Program-made: the position numbers and the translations under genes
Notes under the pieces: model-generated
The model's input: the letters and a program-made list of their open reading frames with translations, nothing else
Told to the model about the DNA's origin: nothing
Database searches by the model: none
In this document: piece by piece, positions 29,904 to 39,372 of the stretch
Position numbering within the stretch: position 1 is the stretch's first letter
How the letters are laid out: each line of letters opens with the position of its first letter
IMG/VR virus record: IMGVR_UViG_3300036770_003943
Location: 124,001-188,000 of that record
DNA: 64,000 nt
Strand: one strand, 5' to 3'

Positions 29904-30738
29904 AGGTTATTTAATCATTGGTGCTAACAAAGACACAGTTAGGCAAACCAATTTGTTAATCAGTAGCATACGCTATAATGATCCCACACGTCCAGTAGCA
30001 GTAGCTACACAAGACAAATCTATACAAAAAGAATTTACTGCTGACACAGTAGTTGTTGTACCTTATGAAGATGATATTACCACTGTGTTTAAATCTTATC
30101 TTTTAAGTCCTTATGAAAAAACCATAGCATTTCAAACTAATCAACTGCTAACAGATTTTACACCAAGTGTTTGGGAAAATCTAAGAGGTATGAATAGCAT
30201 AGTTATTTTGAAAACAAGACATAGCCACTGTATGTCAGCAATTGATCCAATGGTCTACTATAAATCATCAACTGAACAAAAAAGTTTTTCCACACATAGT
30301 TTAATTAATGCGATATATTTTAACAAAGAACAAGGATCAGATTATGTGTTTGGTTTAGCTGTAGTAATTGCCAGTAATTATGATCAAAACTTGTTAATCG
30401 ACTATTTCAGTAACAAAGAAAATAGCATGCCTGCTTTTCCTAAGTATATATGGCCTGAATGGTTAATGAGTTTGTTTTACCAATGTTTAGAATACAAAAT
30501 TGTCAAGTATGACTTTGTTAGACTAATAGACCTACGTCGACGAGAAATGATTGATCAACAAGACGATTGGAATAGCAGTAATTGGCAGGATTTTTTAACT
30601 TATTGGGTAACACAAGACGGACTAGTTAAAATAGAAAATTTTATACAACTAGGTCTTATTCAGTTTAGAGGGGACGAATGGTTAGATGATCGATACATCA
30701 AACATCTAGAATCTAGATTTGCCAATGGAAAATCTTGA
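29896..30738 (+). CDS. Degenerate paralog of the preceding GT8-like protein (no DxD)
   Basis: EGYLII start and SPYEKTIAFQTNQ align with SPYRQTLMIDVD. Confidence 0.5.
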   Translation: MNEGYLIIGANKDTVRQTNLLISSIRYNDPTRPVAVATQDKSIQKEFTADTVVVVPYEDDITTVFKSYLLSPYEKTIAFQTNQLLTDFTPSVWENLRGMNSIVILKTRHSHCMSAIDPMVYYKSSTEQKSFSTHSLINAIYFNKEQGSDYVFGLAVVIASNYDQNLLIDYFSNKENSMPAFPKYIWPEWLMSLFYQCLEYKIVKYDFVRLIDLRRREMIDQQDDWNSSNWQDFLTYWVTQDGLVKIENFIQLGLIQFRGDEWLDDRYIKHLESRFANGKS

Positions 30739-31696
30739 ACTAGAAGATGGCGAATTTGATGTACAAAAAACTATTCTTAGGACTCGATCTCCTAAGAATA
30801 TAACGTACTATATTGAGTATGATAAACTAACCGGCGGTGTGCTGACTATTAGCCCAGAGGTTATTCAAACAGATAGTCCTCGAACTCTGGTACTAGAACA
30901 ACCAGCAAATGAAATAATAACTAATGTATTTGGCAGTAAAGTGCCCATGGCCAGCCTGCGAGTTGTCTACGATCAAAAAACAAAAACTAAATTACTAACC
31001 AAGCAGTCGGATTTGGTTTACAATGAGTTCGCTTATAGTCATCCAGATAGTGAGCTTAAACAATTTGTACACTTGAATGTTGATGTCGTATCCAAAAGAA
31101 TAAGAGTTAAATTACGCTCAGATCAATTTAAAGAACAAATAACCAATGAACTTTTAAACGAAACAGAAATAGCACAATACCCAGATTATCTAGACGTTTA
31201 TTGCTATAATACCTATGATTCTAGTATTTTATATGACAAGCTATCCATTAGATTAAGAGACTTGTTTATGGGTAAGGATATCTTTTTCAACTGCTCTTGG
31301 CTACCAAATACTAAATCAGACTTTGCGAACTACAATTTTGTCTACTATGGCAAGGGCTTAAAGATAACTGTAAGCTGTAACGATATTTATGAAACTCAAA
31401 GACGTCAAGTACACAAACCATTAATTGTCTATAAACAAAGAAGAAAAACCATTATGCTTCAAAGTCTCATGAGTAATCATGAATTTTATTATATAAACAA
31501 CGCAATAACTTTTTACTGTATGAAAGAATCAGACCCTGACATCTTGCTAGATACCATTACAGTTACTAGTGATCAATTAAACGATTTTAACATGATAAAG
31601 ATGTCAGTTAGCTTCACTGAACCCGTAAAAATAATAAGTAATTATTCCCATATACACATGGAACACACAGATGAAAATTCCTATTACCAATTTTGA
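30719..31696 (+). CDS. Hypothetical protein (325 aa)
   Basis: Long ORF translationally coupled within the cluster. Confidence 0.7.
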   Translation: MPMENLELEDGEFDVQKTILRTRSPKNITYYIEYDKLTGGVLTISPEVIQTDSPRTLVLEQPANEIITNVFGSKVPMASLRVVYDQKTKTKLLTKQSDLVYNEFAYSHPDSELKQFVHLNVDVVSKRIRVKLRSDQFKEQITNELLNETEIAQYPDYLDVYCYNTYDSSILYDKLSIRLRDLFMGKDIFFNCSWLPNTKSDFANYNFVYYGKGLKITVSCNDIYETQRRQVHKPLIVYKQRRKTIMLQSLMSNHEFYYINNAITFYCMKESDPDILLDTITVTSDQLNDFNMIKMSVSFTEPVKIISNYSHIHMEHTDENSYYQF

Positions 31697-32639
31697 TATA
31701 GTTTTTATCAGTTATGATGAACCTAACGCCGATAAAAACTACAGTGATTTGTTAAACAAAGCACCATGGGCTAAAAGAATTCATGGAGTAAAAGGGTTCG
31801 ACAGCGCACATAAAGCAGCAGGGCAGGCTGCTGAAACAGATAGATTTATTACAGTAGATGCTGACAATATAGTACATGATGAGTTTTTTAATGTAGAATT
31901 AGAAATGGATAAGATTGGTCGACATGATACTATAAGCTGGGCAGGTAAGAATATGATAAATGGATTAGTTTATGGAAACGGCGGCATAAAAATTTGGAGC
32001 AAGAATGTAGTTGAACAGATGAGAACTCATGAATTAGCCGACGACGATAAAAGTAAAGTAGATTTTTGTTGGGATATTTACTACCATCAAATGAATAATA
32101 TCTACAGTGATGTTTACAATAATGCCAGTGCTTATCAGGCCTATAGGGCAGGATTTCGAGAAGGTGTAAAATTACTACTTGATGGAGGTCAACAAGTCGA
32201 TCCTGTCAACATACGAACTCTAGTTCATGATCGTAATTACAAAAGAGTCTTAGTATGGGCCAGTGTCGGATCAGATGTAGATAATGGTCTATGGGCTATG
32301 TATGGAACACGATTAGGCATACAAATGGCTAACTTTGATAAAAACTTTGATTTTACCTTGGTAAGAGATTTTGATTGGCACAGTGATTTTTGGAAACGAG
32401 AAATAGCTGACAAATTCAAAGGACAAGATGGTTTATGTAAGGGCACTGGATGGACTTATAGTATAGAAAAACTAAAACAGGAAATATACAAGCTAGGGCA
32501 AGATCTTAGAAATAGATTGGATTTAGAAATAGCTGAATTAGATCAAAACGGGAGTAGATTTTTCAAAGAGAGTTTTATCAATCCACCCAGACTGGGTGCA
32601 ATGGTAAAAGAATCACATGTAAATAATACCATAGCATGA
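31671..32639 (+). CDS. GT-A-fold glycosyltransferase-like protein, paralog 1 of 4
   Basis: FISYDEPNAD.NY, RIHGVKG..SAH, VDAD (DxD), NGLVYGNGGIK, FREGVK. Confidence 0.6.
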   Translation: MKIPITNFDIVFISYDEPNADKNYSDLLNKAPWAKRIHGVKGFDSAHKAAGQAAETDRFITVDADNIVHDEFFNVELEMDKIGRHDTISWAGKNMINGLVYGNGGIKIWSKNVVEQMRTHELADDDKSKVDFCWDIYYHQMNNIYSDVYNNASAYQAYRAGFREGVKLLLDGGQQVDPVNIRTLVHDRNYKRVLVWASVGSDVDNGLWAMYGTRLGIQMANFDKNFDFTLVRDFDWHSDFWKREIADKFKGQDGLCKGTGWTYSIEKLKQEIYKLGQDLRNRLDLEIAELDQNGSRFFKESFINPPRLGAMVKESHVNNTIA

Positions 32640-33583
32640 ATCACAACTATATTAAATTAGAACATAAAAATCCTGACAATCTAGATTGGTTCGTGGTCAA
32701 TTGGTGCTTGGGCAATGTCTGTAACTATAGTTGTAGTTACTGTCCAGAGTATCTACACAATTCTACCAAGCCTTGGCCCTTACCGGATGTCATAAAAAAG
32801 TTTATTATACAGATAAAGAATCATTTTTTTGACAAACAGATATATTTTGAATTTACCGGTGGCGAAGTTACCATGTACAAGCATTTTGAAAGCATAGCTA
32901 AATTTTGCCATAGTATAGGTATCAGAGTAGGTTTAATCAGTAACGGATCAAGGACCATAAGATATTGGCAAGAAAATAAACAGTATTTTGATCATATCTG
33001 CTTGAGCTTCCATAGCGAGTTTGCTGACGCCGATCATTTTGTAAATGTAGTAAAAACTGTACACATGGATGTGAAGACTCATGTCAACATCATGATGAAC
33101 CCAAATCATTTTGATCTAGGACTCAACGTAGCTAGACGATGTAGGGAATTAGGTAATCTCAGTCTTGCCCTACAACCTTTATTACATGATATGAATCGGG
33201 GTCTTTTTGAATATAGCGACAATCAAAAAACTGTTCTAGACAATCAATATGAACTAATTACTAAAAATATTCCTATCTATAAACAGTATGATTACTATCG
33301 TGGAGCCATGCGTAAAGTTCGAACAGATGGATCGAGTGAAATAGCCAATACCTACGATTTTATTAATGAAAAAAGCAATGACTGGAGTGGGTGGAATTGC
33401 TATGCTGGCCTTGAACAAATAGTAGTTGACACTGACGGAACTGTGTTTAGGGGATGGTGTAAGCAAGGCGGCGAAATAGGCAACATTCATGCTGAAGTAC
33501 ATTTGCCTGAACTGCCAGTATTGTGTGCCAGTACTAACTGTGCTTGTGGTCTAGATATTATGTGTACGAAAGAAAAGATATGA
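32636..33583 (+). CDS. Radical SAM protein with C-terminal Twitch/SPASM-like Cys cluster (rSAM 1)
   Basis: CNYSCSYC, TGGEV, SNGS; C-terminal WNCYAG...DG..WC...C...C.C..D. Confidence 0.9.
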   Translation: MNHNYIKLEHKNPDNLDWFVVNWCLGNVCNYSCSYCPEYLHNSTKPWPLPDVIKKFIIQIKNHFFDKQIYFEFTGGEVTMYKHFESIAKFCHSIGIRVGLISNGSRTIRYWQENKQYFDHICLSFHSEFADADHFVNVVKTVHMDVKTHVNIMMNPNHFDLGLNVARRCRELGNLSLALQPLLHDMNRGLFEYSDNQKTVLDNQYELITKNIPIYKQYDYYRGAMRKVRTDGSSEIANTYDFINEKSNDWSGWNCYAGLEQIVVDTDGTVFRGWCKQGGEIGNIHAEVHLPELPVLCASTNCACGLDIMCTKEKI

Positions 33584-34971
33584 CTGAACAGTTAGACATA
33601 ACTCAAACTATTTGTCGATATGCTTGGGATTACCCAGTGGTAAACTTCAGCAGACACGAGCTAAGAAACTGCTGTAGAACTTCGGGTTCCTACGTAAGTA
33701 AAGAAGATTTGGCTCTAGGCCCTGATTTGTTTAAAAAATTTAAGCCAATCATCGAAATTAAAACCGACCTCCTTCGAGGTATTAGATCTAGTCAATGCGA
33801 AACCTGTTGGATTACTGAAAGAGCTGGAAGTCAAAGTCCAAGACTTGGCTTTGAACATTTTGTATCATTGGTACAGAAAAAATACCCCAACTTAACTAGG
33901 CTAGAATTAGTAGAAAAACTTAAAAATCTTACTGACAGTGAGATTCAAGAGCTGGCTAATTGGGAAAGTCCTAATAGGATTGAAATCATGCTGAGTAACA
34001 CCTGTGATTTAAAATGTCTTTATTGTAATCATGTGTTCAGTAGCCAATGGGCAGCGGAAAAATTAAAGTATAGGGAAATAACTGACAATGAAATTCACAA
34101 GCCAATTTCCAACGAATTTGAATCAGTTTGGTGGGAATGGTTTCATAAATCAGCAGTCAAAACAGTCAAACATATTACATTTGTAGGTGGTGAACCTTTA
34201 CTTAACGAAAAAACTTATGAATGGCTAGATAGATTATTGAACTTCTATAATAATCAAACCGACTATACAGCTGACTTGTTTATTGTTACTAATTTTAATT
34301 GTACTGAAAAACTTTTTAATAGATTTATGAAATTCGTAGAGAGAATAGCTGATCCACAAAGTAAAATGGATTTAGGTATTGGTATTAGTTTTGAAAGTAT
34401 CGGCGACAAAAATGAATTTATTCGTACAGGATTAGACTGGGATAGATTTGATTCGAATATTAAAAAATTATTAGAATACCTTAGGGTAAACCAGGTATCT
34501 TGGGATAAAATTTTTATTAATGCTTTGCCTGCCTTTAATTGCCTTAGCCTAAGTGATTTACCAAACTATATTACCTACATAAGAAGTCTAAATGAAAAAT
34601 ATAGGTTAACCGACTTACCACGCAAACATAGACCTTCCTCTGGAATAGAAATAAGTTTTACTCACGTGGCTAATCCTGAAAGATTATCTCCTTTTATATT
34701 AACTAATGATTATATCAAACACATTGATCATGCTATTAATCTTGTCAAGGAATTAAACCAATTGGATATCTATAAAAGAGATTTTGTAAATTATCTGCTT
34801 ACACTAAAAGATGGCATCGTTAATAACAATGAAAAACTCGATAAGCAGGTCTATTTAAGAAAACGATTTATCGACGATATTACTCAAATCTCAGCAAGAA
34901 GAAATCTAGATTTACATTCTACATTTCCAGAGATGCAGGAGTTCTTTGATCTTTGTAAAAGCTATGCTTGA
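33580..34971 (+). CDS. Radical SAM protein with N-terminal Cys-rich domain (rSAM 2); start at MTEQLD
   Basis: N-terminal C..AW...CC...C..C; core CDLKCLYC, VGGEP, VTN. Confidence 0.9.
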   Translation: MTEQLDITQTICRYAWDYPVVNFSRHELRNCCRTSGSYVSKEDLALGPDLFKKFKPIIEIKTDLLRGIRSSQCETCWITERAGSQSPRLGFEHFVSLVQKKYPNLTRLELVEKLKNLTDSEIQELANWESPNRIEIMLSNTCDLKCLYCNHVFSSQWAAEKLKYREITDNEIHKPISNEFESVWWEWFHKSAVKTVKHITFVGGEPLLNEKTYEWLDRLLNFYNNQTDYTADLFIVTNFNCTEKLFNRFMKFVERIADPQSKMDLGIGISFESIGDKNEFIRTGLDWDRFDSNIKKLLEYLRVNQVSWDKIFINALPAFNCLSLSDLPNYITYIRSLNEKYRLTDLPRKHRPSSGIEISFTHVANPERLSPFILTNDYIKHIDHAINLVKELNQLDIYKRDFVNYLLTLKDGIVNNNEKLDKQVYLRKRFIDDITQISARRNLDLHSTFPEMQEFFDLCKSYA

Positions 34972-35710
34972 TATATTTTTTCTAAGTTACAACGAACCTT
35001 ATGCTGACGACAATTACAAAAAATTGTTACAGCGATTTCCTACTGCTAAACGGGTAAATGGCATAACGGGTTTTAGAGCGGCACATCAAGAATGTGCTCG
35101 ATTAAGCATGACTGAAAACTTTTATGTAGTAGACAGCGACGCAATAATACAGGATGATTTTAACTTTAGTTTCAAACCTAGCAAGTTTATGCGTTGGTGG
35201 GATATACCGCAAACCAAGTTTATTTGTCTTTTTCAAAGTGTAAATCCCATTAATGGATTGATTTATGGTCATGGAGGTGTTAAAATACTACCTAAGCAGG
35301 GCATACTTGAATCGGATACTAATAGCGTAGATTTTACTACGGGATCAAATTTACCAATTAAAATGTTTGATCAAGTCAGCAATGTTACTAAGTTTAACCA
35401 TGATGAGTTTAGTACTTGGCGCTGCGCCTATAGGGAAGCAGTTAAGTTAGTCATGAACTTGAATAATCAAAGTATATACTACAAATTAAATGATGATGTG
35501 CTGATCAATCAATATTTTAAGGACAGTAAGGACCGTCTAAGAGTATGGTGTAGTCTGGGTAAAAATAAGCCTTATGGGGAATACTGTATAGAAGGTGCTC
35601 GGCAGGGTAAATTCTACGCCCAGTCGAACAAAGACAATAATGACGCATTGTCTCTAATAAACGATTTAGAATGGATGAAAAATGAGTTTGATAAATTCAT
35701 TAAATCATAG
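34964..35710 (+). CDS. GT-A-fold glycosyltransferase-like protein, paralog 2; start at MLDIFF
   Basis: FLSYNEPYADDNY, KRVNG, VDSD, NGLIYGHGGVK, REAVK. Confidence 0.6.
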   Translation: MLDIFFLSYNEPYADDNYKKLLQRFPTAKRVNGITGFRAAHQECARLSMTENFYVVDSDAIIQDDFNFSFKPSKFMRWWDIPQTKFICLFQSVNPINGLIYGHGGVKILPKQGILESDTNSVDFTTGSNLPIKMFDQVSNVTKFNHDEFSTWRCAYREAVKLVMNLNNQSIYYKLNDDVLINQYFKDSKDRLRVWCSLGKNKPYGEYCIEGARQGKFYAQSNKDNNDALSLINDLEWMKNEFDKFIKS

Positions 35711-36674
35711 ACAGATAGAATTTGGCAAAGTACCAGTAGTTTTTATCAGCTACGACGAACCTAACGCCGATGAAAATTATCAACATCTTCGAGATAATCA
35801 TCCCAACCCTTCAATGATATCTAGAGTACACGGTGTTAAAGGTTTTGACTCTGCTCATAAATGCGCTGCTAGACAAGCTGACTTTGACAGATTTTTCAGC
35901 ATTGATGGTGATTGTCAAGTTGATCCAGCATTATGGCAGAAACGATTGACCTTAGATAGAGATCATCAATCAGCTACTCTAAGTTGGAGCAGTAGAAATC
36001 TAGTAAATGGGCTAGTTTATGGTAATGGTAGTGTAAAACTATGGCATAGTGAATATGTACTAGCCATGCGTAGCCATGAAGCAGCAGATCCAAATGACAG
36101 CCAAAATAACATCGACTTTTGCTGGGACGCTGATAATTACAAATTAATGAACAATACCTACGGGCTTATCTTTAATAATGCCAGTCCTAAACAGGCATTT
36201 CGTTCAGGCTTTAGAGAAGGCATAAAAATGGGCCTAAACCAAGGAGTTAAGATACTGCCTAAAAATTTTGCCAAAGAAATGTATCCTGCTAATTATGCTC
36301 GTTGGTTAATATGGATGACAGTGGGTAGAGATGTAGCCAATGGCAATTGGGTTATGTACGGTGCTAGATTAGCAGCCAGTTTACTCTACATAGAAGGCTT
36401 TGACTATAGTTTAATTGCTGATTATGATTGGTTTGATGAGTTATGGGAACAACAATTAGACGCACTAGACGATGGAGAATATCTAGAACATCACAGTCGA
36501 AATCTTGCTAATCAGCTTAAAGAACAGCTAGATCTTCCTGTGGAAGAACTTACCAGTGAACAAAGCATATGGTTTAAACACTGTAATTTTAGCCCTCTTA
36601 AAGGCACACCATGGTCTGTGTTATTAAATCAAAGCTCATTGCCTTTATTTGGATTTGAAACACCAAACTTTTAA
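35682..36674 (+). CDS. GT-A-fold glycosyltransferase-like protein, paralog 3
   Basis: FISYDEPNADENY, RVHGVKG..SAH, IDGD, NGLVYGNG, FREGIK. Confidence 0.6.
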   Translation: MSLINSLNHRQIEFGKVPVVFISYDEPNADENYQHLRDNHPNPSMISRVHGVKGFDSAHKCAARQADFDRFFSIDGDCQVDPALWQKRLTLDRDHQSATLSWSSRNLVNGLVYGNGSVKLWHSEYVLAMRSHEAADPNDSQNNIDFCWDADNYKLMNNTYGLIFNNASPKQAFRSGFREGIKMGLNQGVKILPKNFAKEMYPANYARWLIWMTVGRDVANGNWVMYGARLAASLLYIEGFDYSLIADYDWFDELWEQQLDALDDGEYLEHHSRNLANQLKEQLDLPVEELTSEQSIWFKHCNFSPLKGTPWSVLLNQSSLPLFGFETPNF

Positions 36675-36675
36675 T

Positions 36676-37359
36676 ATGATTCCTGTATATTTTTTATTCA
36701 CTAACGAAGCTAACGCTCAAGAAAACTTTGAAAGATTGTGCGATAAGTATGAAAATGTAATACCGGTTGAAGGCACTAACAGCATATTTCTAAGTCATAA
36801 ACGAATAGCAGATCAGTGTGACTACGATAGGTTTTATGTAGTAGATGCTGATTGTTGGCTAGTAGATAATTTTAAATTTCAACACAATATTGAATTAAGA
36901 TCAGGTAGTGTAGCAGTATTTAGAGCAAAAAATCCTATCAATGGTTTGGTTTATGGACACGGCGGAGTAAAATTGTTTAGTAAAGATTGTTTTAGTTTAG
37001 CCAGGCTAGAACGTCCTGATATGACAACCAGCTTGGCTGACGAATATATTAAGGTCAATATATTGGCCAGCGAACATAGATTTAATTATAGTCCTTATAG
37101 CACCTGGAGAACTGCCTTTAGAGAAGCTGTTAAGTTAAGTGCTGGATTGAATAAAAATAACAATGACCAAGAAAGTAAAGATCGATTGGCCATGTGGTCT
37201 ACAGCAGGCATAGAAAATCTCTATGGATATTTCAGTATACAAGGGGCAAAACAAGGAATTGACTTCGCTCATGATCCAGGCAATGATCCTAATAAAGTAA
37301 ATGATTTTGAGTATCTTAGATCTAGATTTGTAGCATGGACTGGCATCAATGACCAATGA
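36676..37359 (+). CDS. GT-A-fold glycosyltransferase-like protein, paralog 4; start at MIPVYF
   Basis: VDAD, NPINGLVYGHGGVK, WRTAFREAVK. Confidence 0.6.
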   Translation: MIPVYFLFTNEANAQENFERLCDKYENVIPVEGTNSIFLSHKRIADQCDYDRFYVVDADCWLVDNFKFQHNIELRSGSVAVFRAKNPINGLVYGHGGVKLFSKDCFSLARLERPDMTTSLADEYIKVNILASEHRFNYSPYSTWRTAFREAVKLSAGLNKNNNDQESKDRLAMWSTAGIENLYGYFSIQGAKQGIDFAHDPGNDPNKVNDFEYLRSRFVAWTGINDQ

Positions 37360-38200
37360 TGTTTCATGGCTAGTGGGATTAGAAAAATATTTTCGATTTG
37401 TTAACCAAGTCGAACAAGCTCAGTTTGTCAAACATATCAGTAGCTTATTCTATACCAGTCAATTAGATAAACCATGGACATTAAAACATCTAATAGCCGA
37501 TGACTACGAAAATTTTACCAGCAGTAATAGAAATTTAAGGTCTGCTTTTTATGTTAAACTATTCAATGCCACAGAACTATCAGCCAAAGAGTTTTTGGAT
37601 ACAATGAAGTCTATATGGCCCAGTGATATTTTCATTGATAATCTAATCAAACTAAACAATATAAACGACAGAATATTACAGACTGTTTTTGCCAAAAGTC
37701 AAGTGTTAAGTAAAATATGGCTATCTGAAATTTTAGAAAAGAATGAAACAACGTTTGATCACATTCTTCTACTTGGCGGGTGGCTAACACAGCATACCTT
37801 ATATTTTCGTAATATAAAATATAATAAGTTGTTTAGTATAGACATGGATAAAGAAACGAATACTTTGGCCAAGATACTTAATCCGTTCGCAGTTATCTTA
37901 GACAACGATTGTAATAGTTGTTTTGACGAATCTAATAACATAGTAATCATGGATAAAGTTCTTGAACCTGATTTGATAATTAATACCAGCGCCGAACACA
38001 TGGCCGATGACTGGTTTCATAAACTTAAACCCGGCACACGAGTAATTGTACAGAGCAACGATACTGCTCTAGAAGATCACATTAATTATTGTAGAGATTT
38101 CAATGACTTTTTACGCAAGTATCCTGTTGACACTGTGATATATAGAGGAGAGCTAGTAATGAGTAAATATACAAGATTCATGCTATACGGAATAAAATAA
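37349..38200 (+). CDS. Class I SAM-dependent methyltransferase-like protein
   Basis: ILLLGGW (motif I), SIDMD, LIINTSAEHM, VIVQSN..DHIN. Confidence 0.65.
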   Translation: MTNDVSWLVGLEKYFRFVNQVEQAQFVKHISSLFYTSQLDKPWTLKHLIADDYENFTSSNRNLRSAFYVKLFNATELSAKEFLDTMKSIWPSDIFIDNLIKLNNINDRILQTVFAKSQVLSKIWLSEILEKNETTFDHILLLGGWLTQHTLYFRNIKYNKLFSIDMDKETNTLAKILNPFAVILDNDCNSCFDESNNIVIMDKVLEPDLIINTSAEHMADDWFHKLKPGTRVIVQSNDTALEDHINYCRDFNDFLRKYPVDTVIYRGELVMSKYTRFMLYGIK

Positions 38201-39372
38201 TGTATAAGTATCACCAAATTGAAGTAGTACATTTAGAAATGACAGAAGCCTGTAATGCCAGCTGCCCTATGTGTGCTCGTAACCTAAATGGAGGGGAAGT
38301 TAATCCGTATTTAGACAACAGAGAGCTTAGTATAGAAGATATACATAAAATATTTTCTCATGACTTTGTTAGACAATTGAAGCGTATTTACATGTGCGGC
38401 AATTACGGAGATCCTGCTGTGGCTCGTGATACACTGGCAGCATTTAAGTATTTTAGAAGCACAAATCCTCAGATTAATCTTAGTATGCACACTAATGGTT
38501 CAATGAAAAAACCCGAATGGTGGGCAGAACTAGCCCAGGTAATTAATCGAAAAGGATATGTGGTATTTGGTCTAGACGGACTTGAAGATACTAATCATCT
38601 ATATAGACAAGGCACAGTGTGGGCTCGTATAATGGAAAATGTAGCAGCCTTTATTGCCGCTGGCGGCCGAGCTAGATGGGATTTCATCGTCTTTGCTCAT
38701 AATGAACATCAAGTTGAAGAAGCTAAAAAGCTGTCTAACCAAATGGGCTTTGAACGTTTTCAATACAAAAAATCTGCTAGGTTTTTTAGCAATACCAAAG
38801 CTAGTACAAAGGATCAACATCAAGCACAAAACCGTCGAGGATTTACTACTTTATTACAAGCACCTACTAATCCTAAATATAGAAACTCTGTGTTAGATCA
38901 ACTCACCAAGCAGGCTAGCTCATCTGTACAGAATATTACAGTAGATAATATCGTACGTCGAGAAAATCTAGATCAAGTACAAGGCTATCAAACGTTTAGT
39001 CTAGATCCCGCCAAGAAAAAACCAATAGAACCTGTATGGGATGAAGCAGTAATTGATTGTAAAGTAGCCAAAGAAGGTAATTTGTACGTCACAGCTGAAG
39101 GTGTACTACAACCATGCTGCTGGACGGCAGGACAGATGTACCTTTGGTATTATCGACCGCAGGGTAGTCAGATGTGGCAGTTTATCAATCAAGTCGGAGT
39201 AGATAATCTAAATGCTAAAAATCACAGTGTTGAATCTATAGTGAACGGTGATTTCTTTCAGAAAGTAATTCCCGAATCATGGGCCAAACCTAGCTGTGCT
39301 GAAGGAAAAAGTGCTATGTGTGCTAAAATATGCGGCACTAAATATGATGCGTTTCAGGAACAGTTTAAATGA
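38200..39372 (+). CDS. Radical SAM protein with C-terminal Twitch domain (rSAM 3)
   Basis: CNASCPMC, CGNYGDP, HTNG; C-terminal C...YVTAEG..QPCC...C...C. Confidence 0.92.
   Translation: MYKYHQIEVVHLEMTEACNASCPMCARNLNGGEVNPYLDNRELSIEDIHKIFSHDFVRQLKRIYMCGNYGDPAVARDTLAAFKYFRSTNPQINLSMHTNGSMKKPEWWAELAQVINRKGYVVFGLDGLEDTNHLYRQGTVWARIMENVAAFIAAGGRARWDFIVFAHNEHQVEEAKKLSNQMGFERFQYKKSARFFSNTKASTKDQHQAQNRRGFTTLLQAPTNPKYRNSVLDQLTKQASSSVQNITVDNIVRRENLDQVQGYQTFSLDPAKKKPIEPVWDEAVIDCKVAKEGNLYVTAEGVLQPCCWTAGQMYLWYYRPQGSQMWQFINQVGVDNLNAKNHSVESIVNGDFFQKVIPESWAKPSCAEGKSAMCAKICGTKYDAFQEQFK

Noticed and set aside
38659-38666. Chi-like GCTGGCGG in the shared rSAM tract
   Set aside because: One mismatch from E. 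coli Chi, explained by Ala-Gly-Gly codons; host unknown.
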